Origin: Lingula anatina
Taxonomy: Eukaryota; Animalia; Brachiopoda
DNA: 64,000 bases
Assembly (NCBI GenBank): GCA_051362555.1
Contig: CM120640.1
Location: 23,484,225-23,548,224 of the forward strand
Direction: 5' to 3'
Shown here: positions 1 through 11,100 of the stretch, piece after piece
Layout: each line of letters opens with the position of its first letter
Numbering within the stretch: the stretch's first letter is position 1
Made by a program: the position numbers and the translations under genes
The notes under the pieces: model-generated
Database searches by the model: none
What the model was told of the DNA's origin: nothing
The model's input: only the letters and a program-made list of their open reading frames with translations

Positions 1-27
1 ATACCAATACTTTTTTTTGTATTTCAG

Positions 28-420
28 CGTGGCATTTGCATCTTAAACCTTAAGGATGAAAATATTATGGTGACAAGGGACAGCGACGGAGCCATCCACC
101 CACGACTGGTAGACCTCGGAGGCGTCGTGTTATTGGACGACGACAACCCTATTATGCCACCACAGACATTTGCAGAAAGGAAGCTAAAGATTTTCAGTAA
201 AAAGCGACCCATTTTGGCTCCTGAGTTATTTAAGTATAGCAAACCTACTGCACAGATAGACGTTTTTAGTCTTGGATGTATCTTTGAAGAAATAGGAAAA
301 CGAGAGATGATGTGCGACTTGACGGAGCTCGCCCTGTGGTGTACGACTAGTGATCCTTCCCTGCGCCCAACTTTGGCTGGCATTGTGAAGGAGTTGGGTG
401 AACTAGCAGTTAAAGTTTGA
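28..420 (+). CDS. Terminal exon of a protein-kinase-fold gene (C-lobe), probably a pseudokinase; 5' part outside the window
   Basis: Acceptor tttttttgtatttcAG ends at 27. The frame reads RGICILNLKDENIMV...RLVDLGG...ILAPELF...IDVFSLGCIF...LWCTTSDPSLRPTL*, i.e. kinase subdomains VIb, VII (DLG), VIII (APE), IX and XI. AATAAA follows at ~603 and ~660. Confidence 0.8.
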   Translation, partial: RGICILNLKDENIMVTRDSDGAIHPRLVDLGGVVLLDDDNPIMPPQTFAERKLKIFSKKRPILAPELFKYSKPTAQIDVFSLGCIFEEIGKREMMCDLTELALWCTTSDPSLRPTLAGIVKELGELAVKV

Positions 421-1200
421 CTTTTACATACAATCATCATTTTCATTATCATCATTACACTCATTGTGCATGGAACTGATTAGTATGCCATTTTTAGCAT
501 CAAGTAGACGAGCAACCACTCTTGGAATCTTGTGTTTTTTAAACATCATTAGAAACGCGTAGAGCTGGATCAATCATTCTAGCACTGTATTCAGGAGATA
601 TATAATAAAATGTACATACTGGTGTATTTATTGTAAATAATTGTTATTTGGTACTTGTTAATAAAAGAGAATATTTTTATTTGCTAATTTACATATTTTT
701 TACTACTTTTTTCAAGATAACAAATGCAAGTACGGAAAGAGGGAAGAATATAATTTAGGATATTTTGCAAAAAAACAAAAAAATAAAAAATAAAAAAATA
801 AAAAAAATAAAAAATCACTGATTCATTTCATAGCATTCTAAGCAACGAGCCCGTTGCTCAGGCTTTGTAAAAATGTTTTATTATCAGTATTTGTAAGATT
901 CAATATACAAAACGCAATATTTATGTCCTATTTATGACCGCGAATTGACGGCGAAACAACATGCTCCATGCTCTCCCTTGTAGGCCTGTGTAGAGCGTAG
1001 AGGTTCTGTGGCATAATTAATCACAATTCAATTTATTGTTCGTCATTTCATACCTTACCGAACCACCCATTTTATAGAAAAAACCATCCAATGCAAAATA
1101 TCAGTGACATCTTTCGGTGATAAAAGTTAATGTCGCTATTTTGTTTTTATTTCATGATAAAAGTCTTTTTTTATTTAATGGTCAATTTTTGTACACACAG

Positions 1201-3416
1201 CCGTGACAGACTCCAAGAAGAAGTACATCATCAATGGAGGCTGGTCGATCACGTGGCCTGGAAAGTATAACGTGGCTGGCACAGTCGTCCAGTACGAGAG
1301 AGACTGGGAAAATAAGGAAACAATAAGTATAGCAGGGCCAACCACAGAAGTAATATATTTAATGGTAAGGTATTGATAAAATTCCAACAAAATATCTGGA
1401 ATGAACTATAAAATTTAGATATGATGGATAACAATTTTCCGAAATAGATTATATTTCGAAGTTTGTGTCAAAGGGCCTAACATTGCGATATTGTGATCTA
1501 TAACTATTTAACGACTTTTAAGTCTTTAAAAAATACAAAAAGAGGTCCATAATGGCAAGAGTCAGTTACTATTTTTTTCAAATTGAGTTCCAAAAAGTAA
1601 TGTCATTAAAGAAACGATTCTCAGGTATTTTTTTTTCTGCAGGTTTTACTCAGAAGCAGCAACCCCGGTATAACATACGGATATTGGCTACCAAAGAAAT
1701 CCTTACCTCCTGATGGCAATCGAGATAAGTACAATAACAAGAACCAAAAAGACAAGACGCGTCATAATACGTACAACGACAACGGGCATCCATCAACATA
1801 TCCGTTGCGTAGGATTCCAGGTTATCCAAGCCAAAGAGCGGCATTGCAGTCAACTTCGTCGGACAGGGGAAAACAGCCGGAAGAGCAAAAAAGCCAGAAA
1901 AATGTGCAAAAACCAAACACTAGAGATGACGACCGTTCCTATAATCAAAGAATGAATGAGTATGCCAGGAATTATAGAAAAAGATATCACAGAACAACAC
2001 GTTCTATTGCTACCACGCCCGCAACGACCACAACGAGTCGAAGGCCGTACCAAAGTCAGTATAATCCATATGGTAATTATTATAATACTCGGAACAACAA
2101 TAATATAAATCAAGGAACATCAACCAAGGACAGGCTGTATGTTTACAGAGGTTACAATAATTTCAGACCGGGGAAATATATCTATCAGAGAAATTACGAA
2201 TGGACGACAGCTGGACCTACAAAAAGTTTTACAACAAGTACAACTAGGGCTGCAGCCACAAGTGCAATTTCAACAGTGGCAACAACATCCGTAGGACCTA
2301 CGTCCGCGACTACCTCCTCCTCCTCAACAACGACAGCAGTTCCGAACCACCAGGATATTTTTGGCTTCACATTGGACGATGCAGATGAGGATTTGATAGT
2401 TGATCCTGTTACAGGTATATCTTATATGACAGTACAAGTAGCACTAAAGAAGTCGATTCCTTTTGAAAAACTCTTCCATTTTCAATCTAAAAGTTGCAAT
2501 CAAAGTTCAAATAAAAACGAGGCTGAAATTTATATATGCGTAAATGTACCAGTATTTATAGGTGCTTAAATGTATTCTATGTTGGTTGTACACATTTTGA
2601 TGACTGTGAAACATCATTAAAAAAAAAACAAAAAAACTACCGTACAAAACTTTACGTAAGATGAAAATCACCGTCAGTATGTACATAAACTGCTATTTCA
2701 ATTTACTGCATTGATTAATTCACTTTTAGGGAAATGTTTCGAGTGTCCCTACGTACGGGACTGGCAGGCAGAATACTGTGATAGTGATTTCGGTGCGTAC
2801 ATGTACATTGGTTGAGGAGCCTAACTAGTATGCCTTCAGAGTCAAAAGCTTCTGTTTACAATATAATTGTAGTCACTTTTTGACATTTACCTAGATTAAA
2901 CATTGAAGTTGAAGGGATGTGTAATTATACTACGCTGAAGTTCTTTAAATGCCCATTCCATGCCATGTTTACAAATCTATAATTGGATTAACTCATTCGT
3001 TCGTCTAATTCCTTTTTAGAAGCGTAAACACACTTGATAGTAGAACGTCAACAAAAAGTGCTCAAATGATGAATGGTTTTCTGCTATTTTCAGTAATTCG
3101 TGCAAAGGTGAACGGCGGGATCAAATCCAGAGGCGCAATGCGTTACGACATCAGCGTTATACAGACGTATAAAACCACGGTCCCCATGCTACCTAGGGAA
3201 TACGTATGGGTTCCCAACTTGTGTGGATGTCCCGATCTACGCACAAATGAACAATACATTATGATGGGTAAGAATGCCATCCACGGAAGGGAGGTCAGAC
3301 TGGAGCTGGACCATAGGAGTCTGGTCCGAAAGTTCGGACGGAGATACGCCATTTATATGAGGAACGTGAAGTCCAAGACAGACTGCAAAACGTACAAAAG
3401 GAGACCATACTATTGA
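1201..3416 (+). CDS. ADAMTSL5: ADAMTS-like protein 5-like (ADAMTS spacer + low-complexity linker + C-terminal NTR/C345C domain), last 4 exons
   Basis: Phase-consistent GT-AG exons 1201-1364 (YIINGGWSITWPGKYNVAGTVVQYER...IAGPTTEVIYLM, spacer), 1643-2414 (VLLRSSNPGITYGY then Tyr/Arg/Asn- and Thr-rich linker), 2730-2792 (KCFECP...YCDSDF) and 3094-3416 (VIRAKV...CGCPDL...YIMMG, NTR). Spacer followed by NTR is the ADAMTSL5 architecture. Confidence 0.8.
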
Positions 3417-4493
3417 TGTTGAAATAACAAGTGCGAATTTTGTAAATATGATTTGTAAAATTCCTTCTTGCCTTAAGTACCTTTCTTTCCTTTTGTGACT
3501 TGGCAAAGAATTAGTAAACGGTCCAATATAATATGGTGATTATTTTTTAAAATTTGGTAGAATTAATTTTTAACTTTGAAATATATAAAGTAACTTTTAG
3601 TCATACTGCAAAAGCGTCAGTTAAACAAGTTACTTTTGTTCGTTTGAAAACGAAGGTACCTCAAGAACAGAAACAGACAACAGAAAACTCACTTCCATTT
3701 TATATCTGTACACAGCGTTTTAGAGCGAGCATATAGGCTAACTTTTGTTACTCGTTTAAAATATTGAAATCGCATTTATAACTTCCCTGGCCAATGTGTT
3801 ATACAAGAGGTGCAAAGAGGAAAATGAGAGGCAGGCTGGCAGTTTATAATATTTATTATGGAAGCTAAATAATGTTAGTCATGTGTACAGTGCAATTCGA
3901 ATTACACCATTATGTAAATATATATAATATTTAATAAAAAAAAAATTGCACAGACATTCAGGAAAGTGGATAAGATAAATAGGCCTAAGTATTATATGCA
4001 GGAAAATAGGATAGCACACGTATTTTGTGTAAATTATGCGTAGGACCCTGTATTATATATATACATTTTATTCTTCCGAGGTGTTTATAGTATGTGATAA
4101 TTAATTATAATAAATTAATTTAAGTTTACATGTTAATTTGTACCTAATGAAAATTTAGGAAAGATTAAAAATGTAGTTTAAGGTAATTCGTCTTGTTGAA
4201 ATTGTTCAACCTGGCACACAATGATAAAATTGATCGTTATTCTTTGAAACGTTTCTACTGATTTACAAATACTCTACATAGATTTCTTAATAAATTCCCA
4301 ATCATTTTAAAGTAACATTTTAAAGTAAGGGACTATATGAACCGGACCAGTTTCGATATTTGTCATATACTTCGAAAACATTTGGAATATCTATCTATTA
4401 TACTGCTTTCTCATTCCCTGCGTTCTTTAAGACAAAGTGTTATGATTCAGCTTTTGCGCGCCTGCTTGAAACAAGTTGGTAACGCTAACACGG

Positions 4494-4716
4494 TGTTGTA
4501 TATTGTGGTAGGTGGATGAACAGGTAATCACAATCAGCGACTGTAAAAATTGTTTCGTGCTTTGTTGATTAAATCCCTCGTATTAATTTTAAAAAATAGT
4601 CAAACCGCCCTGCTGCATATTGTGGTAGGTGGAACACTGGATAATCACAATCAGTGATGGTAAAAAATGTTTCTGCCTTGTTGATTAAATCCCTCGCATC
4701 AATTAAAAAATTTGTC
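4494..4716. repeat. Imperfect tandem duplication, 2 x ~117 bp
   Basis: tattgtggtaggtgga...aatcacaatcag...ttgttgattaaatccctcg starts at 4501 and again at 4618. Confidence 0.85.
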
Positions 4717-5431
4717 GGTGAAAAGTTGTGCAATTGTTTGCATTCACACGCAGACTAAAATTGTTTAGAGTAAATTCAAGTGTGGATCATCTCTTCATTT
4801 TAAGGCCTCGGTCATAGCTGAAGGCGCTTTTTTATATGTGCATACTTCAAAATAAATTTTGTTTTGCATAGGGGTAAGGGATTGACCGCCGCCTCCACAG
4901 GTATCGCATAGGTGAGGGGTGCGTTCAAGGAAGCCAAATAAATAAAAGATGTGTATGCATTTGAAAATACATAATGATAATATCAGTGGCAAGAGGGTAG
5001 GCACATAATTTATGGAATGAAAAAATGTACCATTCAGTTACATTAGGTATATTAATAACCTGTCACTTGATTGCATGTTCTCGCATCTCACTAACAGATG
5101 GTCCCATTATTGCGTAGTGAACAAAGATCACGGGGAATTAATTCGTCTATTCACAAATCAAAGTAAATGTGACTTTATTTAATGTTACTGATAATGCGCG
5201 TCGAAAATCCTGAAAATCACATATCACCAGGTCACAATAATTTCGTTTCACGAAGGGAGGAGAATAAGAAGCCGCATTCGCGAGTCACGCATCCCAGGAA
5301 ATAAAAAGGAGGCTTTCAGGGTTATCGTATATACCTAATGGGACTCTCTGAGCAGAGTCCTAGAAAACACAGGATCTCAAATAGGGGGTGGGATGGGCAT
5401 CCTTTGGGCTTCCAAGAACTGCAAACATATA

Positions 5432-7099
5432 CACTGATGCTTATAAGTTAAGCAACACCCCGATTTTTTCAAAAGTTTCTTCCATCATGATCATTATTTC
5501 ATTTGTTGGTGGGATAATGCATATTTCTTTTATATTTAATAAATAACTTATTCAAGTTGAATATTTCGGTTAAAGAAATACACCACATTGCTTATTGTAA
5601 TAATCAAAATTACTTTATTAACCAAACGGTACTAAAATATGCCAAACCATGTGTCAAAAAAGTATGCTCACACAGCAAAAAGTACGTGCTGTTTAAAACA
5701 GCTTATTATGAAAAAATTAAAGTTCGGTCATCTAAGAATTAGCTTTAATAAAAGAAGACTGTGGATAATAGATGATTAATCGTCTATTATGCAATAAATA
5801 TCGGGTGTGCCTTCACTGGTTTTGAACAACAGCTTCACATTGTCTCCTGCCACTTGCCACCAAATTCTGCCAATCTTGCTTTGGGAGCCGGTTCCATTCT
5901 TCATTTACTGCCTGCTGGACCTTTCTAATCTTTCTAACTGGAGGTTGTCTCTCATTTACTGCCCTGTCAATCATATCCTAAGCATGTTCGATTACAATGA
6001 GAATTGGTTATTAGCAGGCCAATCCAAATGTGGGATACCGTGCTATTGCAGCGCGTCTTGCACGGACCATGCTTTCTGGATGGGCGCATTGTCCTGCACC
6101 AAAATGATTTTTCTTCCTGGATTTGCTTGAATGTGAGATAATATGCGCCCCAATGGTATTTCGTCTCTGTATAGTTGACCAGGGTACCTCCCTTGAATGA
6201 CGTACGGTGGCAATTTTTTTCATCATATGAGAAACCCCACCATACTATGACGGAAACTCCATCACCCTGAACACGCAGAAGAACACAATCATCCTGAAAC
6301 GCTTGGTTTGGATGTCTCCAGACGCCTAGCCGACCATCTACATACATCAAAGTGAATCTGGTCTCCTCAGTCCACAGGACCTTTCGCCCAGTCCTGAGAT
6401 TCCATCTTTCTCGCTATCTGGCTCATGTCAATCTTATTTGCTTGTGTTTGTTGGTCAACTGTGGCTTTTGACGAGGTCTTTTAGATGGAAGTTCAGCTTC
6501 TAAAAGATGCCTGTTGACTGTTTGCCTTCTGATTTGAGCCCTTCCTTATCCAGGCCAGATGTTCCTCAGTTGTTTGGCTGATATGAACTGGTCCTGGTGG
6601 CATAATCGAACCAGATACTGTATCTCCATCTCTTGCGTCTGTTAATATTGGTCTACCAGAGAGAGGCTTGTCCAATACATGATGAACTTGGCGCCATTTT
6701 GCTACCAGCTTGGACACTTGACTTGGTGCTACTTTTTTGTTGCCTTGTATCTGTCTCTTTGGCACCCCAGCACGATGGCTTCCCATTATTTGCCATCTGA
6801 TTACCTTGTTGAGTCCTCTTCTAACCATTGGTTGGTCCAAAATAACAAATTGTGCCCATGAAACTAGCCAAACTGGAAGCTCCTCATGGCATGGCCAAAA
6901 TGTGTTTTTCGCAAGTGGCACCCCCATTGCATATTCTATCGTGTCCAACAGTAAATAGTACTCTAATGTCACGGTCCAGTAAGTCAAAGTAAAAACAAGA
7001 TAAATATCTAGCTACTGTACAAATTCTGCCTCAATAAAATTTTGGTTGCTGAGAAATTTGAGAAATAAGAAAGTGTTGCTTAACTTATGAGCATCAGTG
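5432..7099 (-). mobile_element. Tc1/mariner DNA transposon, decayed copy with both ends
   Basis: ~27-bp TIRs cactgatgcttataagttaagcaacac (5432) and gtgttgcttaacttatgagcatcagtg (ends 7099), one mismatch. TA on both sides (5430-31, 7100-01). Internal transposase remnants. Confidence 0.93.
5810..6892 (-). pseudogene. Frameshifted Tc1-type DDE transposase
   Basis: Fragments in several frames: VSKLVAKWRQVHHVLDKPLSGRP (HTH and GRPR-like motif), DGRLGVWRHPNQAFQDDCVL...GVSVIVWWGFSY, and a QDNAP-like motif near 6085-6100. Multiple stops and frameshifts. Confidence 0.85.
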
Positions 7100-8152
7100 T
7101 ATGTAAATTCTTTATCAAATTTGAGTAATGAGAATACCACAAATATATTATAAACAAATTCCCTGAAACATGAAATCTAAAAGATGTACGCAAAGACAGT
7201 GCACAATATGTTGCTGCAGTTTTAGGCAAATTTATTTGCTCAACAGGGCAAGTATTCTTTACTAATCGATGGATGTTATTAATTTATCATAAAGTTATGG
7301 ATTAAATGAAATATTTTTAAACAGGAATGTTTCCGTGTCAGTTTTTCCTTTGAGACAGGTTCCTACGTCAACAAAAAGAAATTAATTTTGGATTTGTTTG
7401 ATATAGATAAATACTTTCCTTTAACAATTTCCTGTAACATCTGGTGTAGGTATTTTGTCTATTTGTAGGGCGACATTTTCCTAAACAAATGTCACATAGC
7501 ACGAGCATCTGTACATGTAAAGAGGTTTGCATTTTGCTTATTTTTTTTCTTTTTTCGACATTGAATACCCTGCCCAAATGATTTATTGCAATTCAAGTTA
7601 ATTTTACTTGACAATTAGCCAGCCTGATAAGGAAGATCTTAGTTAAAAGCTATCAATTAATTGGACTTAATAAACCTTAATACACTGTTTGACTACATTA
7701 AATGTGTTAAGTGCATGGAACAGTTGTACAGACATCAGCAACTTAAAAAAATATGGGTAACCCACAAAACTGAGGCAGCAAGTAAATGACTACCACATAT
7801 TTAAAGAATTTGTCTGCCAATATGGGTGTGAGCATGCAGCCTGGTGACTTCTGGTGAAGGTGTCTCTATTTACCTCAGCAAGCTGTTACCACAGTGTGAC
7901 TTCAAGTGACAGATTTTGCCTTTTTTGAAATTTTTTACTTAATTCTTGTTTATCCACACCCATGGCCTATTGGTAAAACCTAATGTCACTGCTGTGGATA
8001 TGTGTGCCATCCTCTTACATATGTGCTGTTGGGGCCAAACATGGATTAATTGTGGCCAATGTCTAGGGCACACATGTACCTGGCTTGTGGTCTTGTGTCT
8101 GGAAGCTCACTTAAATACAGCAGGCACTGGTTTACTGCTTTCAGATACAGCT

Positions 8153-11100
8153 ATGGAAATGATACTGAGAAGGTAAGGTGTGTTTTCCTTCTTTGTGTTA
8201 GTTAGAAATGTGTTCATAGTGTTTATGGCAGGTATATTCTTCAAGTGACAGTTACAATGCTAATTACTGATGATTTTACTGCTATCATTTAAGCATGTAA
8301 TCATAATTAAATTCTAGTTAAAAAAGCTATTTGCCAATTATCTAAAACAAAATAATTATACTTAATTAAAATGCTGTTTGATTGAAAATAAACACTATAA
8401 GCAATTCACTGAACAAAGATTAATGGCCTTTAATGTACTGTATATACATGTTTCAACAAATTCTGATCTATCACCTTTCAGCAACAATTTGTAATGCAAA
8501 TACAAATATGAGCTTAAAGCTAAAATTCCACACTTCAGGAATGCAAGAACATTCATATTTACCAATAATTATTACATAGCTTTAAGACATGTACCAGGGT
8601 ACATGTCAGGAAAATGATTTTGGTTATATATAATCATTCATTTAGTAAATTGCATAAGGTAAGTGTAGATCCTAGGACTTAACAGCACATAAAACCATAA
8701 AACAGTGGCTTAATTAAAACATTAGCTACAGATAATTGGACTATTCAAGAAGATCACTGCTTAATGTAAAACAATGACCAGCTAATTAGGGGAAACAGAT
8801 ATAAATTAAAACACCTTCTGTGTCAATGACTGATTCCATTATTTTTATACATTTTTTCTTTTATTTAGGTCTTATCACAATTCCAACCACACCATATACA
8901 CCTAAAAAGTTTAAATATTCATTTACATATTTTTTTTATTGGTTATACAATGTTTTCACAATTATGGAATAAAAATTAATGTATTGTAGGTTACCTATCA
9001 CCTGGGTACTTCTCTCCATAGTGTACTCTGTTCTAGCAAATGGCTATCTCGAAAAAGACAAGGAAAGGATTCGTAGGCAGTCCTCAGGTAGCAATCATCT
9101 GTTATGAATGGTGTCGTTTTTGATTACACTTAGACACAACGACATGATAAACAATTGTTTTCTGTTGATATCTGGCTCATTAAATGTTCTGCACTCTGTT
9201 TTAAAGATATTTTACATTGTGCATGAAAGAAACATGGATCTCCTAGATTTTATGTCTACCTAGCATGTAACGGCCTACTTGTTTATTGCCAGTTTATTGC
9301 TAGGTTTTCTAAAAATGTTTTAATTTACATAGAAATATATAGAGCAAAGAAAGTCAAACATTTATTTTAACCTTGTGTCATCCTCAGTGCCATATATATT
9401 CAATGATTTCATGTGATCAATATATAACCAATGATTTTAGTGAAGTGTTCTTTCAACTTCAACCATATTATATAACGAATGTTAGACCTATGCTCCAAAA
9501 AGTATATAATGATGTAATATATATATAATAATGTAAAATTAAAATAAAAAAAATAATATAAAATTTTCAGGTTCCTCAGCAGTAAGCCAGATCTGTGACA
9601 TCCACCTTGATGGGTTGTACTCCCATCCTAGTGACTGTCACAAGTATGTCCAGTGTGTGAGTGGCACTCCCTGGGAGATGCCTTGTCCAGGGGGGCTGGT
9701 CTTCAAGCCAGATAAAGGATGGTGTGAGACAGGACCCTGTCAGAACAGTGGTAAGTTGCAGAAGTTGCAGGTGTTTGAGACATCTGCTCCGCCATTTCCC
9801 CAGCAAGGGCAGCATCTGCCCAACAGAGGGTGACAAGAGAAGGGGTCGGGCTATATAAAATACTACACTGTATGACCTGAAGTAAAGTGAAAGCCTCTCT
9901 TAATTTGCCCTCAGCTCTCTGGCATATCATAAACTGAATATTTCTGGCTGTTTTAATTACCAAATCTTGCAAAGACAAATTACATATTGCAAGACTACTT
10001 TTCCGTTAATATATATGGAGTAGATTATAAATTGGTTACCAATTACAATATATGCTATATTATGATACAAAATTATGCATCTATCATTGGACCCATCATA
10101 CATGATGTGATGGATCCAAGATCAGCACAGATGTCACAATTTTTCATGCCACAGGTGAAAAATAACATAATGGTATGAAGACTAAGAAACAAAACAGTTT
10201 ATTATGAAGCTCCACGAAATTTATCATACAGGTATTTAAATGTTATACATGCATGCATGCATTAACTTCAAATTAAAGCAACTGTGACAACCTGTGGTGA
10301 TTTATTATTATTATTATTTTTATTATTTTATTATTATTATTTTTTTTTGGGGGGGGGACTGATTGTATTATTAGTTTCTTTTTTCATCCTTACAAGTATT
10401 AAGTTGATATTGAAGAAATGTTTATCTTCTATCCAGGCTCTCCAGGCCCACTGCCAGTCTCAAGTCAGTCAAAGCCAGTATATAGTCAGTCCAGCACATA
10501 CAGTACCCAGAGACAGTCAACAGGTATTTTTTCTTCTGATTTCTTTCTTTCTTTCTTTTTTTCTTTCTTTCTTGGTTTTTGTCTTTTTTTGGTTAAATGT
10601 ATGGTATAAATTCATGGAGGTTATTATGATAGAAAACATATTCTAATTATATGTACTGTATATTTATTTATCATTCTTTATATTTTACTCTCTTTATAGT
10701 ATGCATGTACATACGTAAGTTGCATAAAAGGTACATTTTTTGTTATTCTTTTGTTTTTCGCTATTTTAAAAGTCATGCATATGTATGTATTGATGCATAA
10801 ATGAATTGACTTAATATAAATAGAATTATCAGATGTGAAATTTCAATATACCACAGATACCAAGAAAGACAAGAAACAGACACCTCCTGTAACCACACGT
10901 CATTACTACAATGGTCAAAGCCCAAGCACTGACCAGCAGGCTACGGACACTAGGCAGAAGACCACTACTGTGGAAAAGAGACCTGTCAGCAGAACACAAC
11001 AGTGTAAATATATTTGATTTACATACAGACATAATAGATATTATGGTTTATGAGGCAGAAAAGACACACAATTGCTATTATGAGATATTTTCTCAAGATA

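Noticed and set aside
24-464. 146-aa minus-strand ORF
   Set aside because: Antisense shadow of the kinase exon with no recognisable motifs.
5432-7099. Active Tc1, or a functional link to nearby HMGXB4 (a known Sleeping Beauty host factor)
   Set aside because: The transposase has many stops and frameshifts, and proximity alone gives no evidence of a link.
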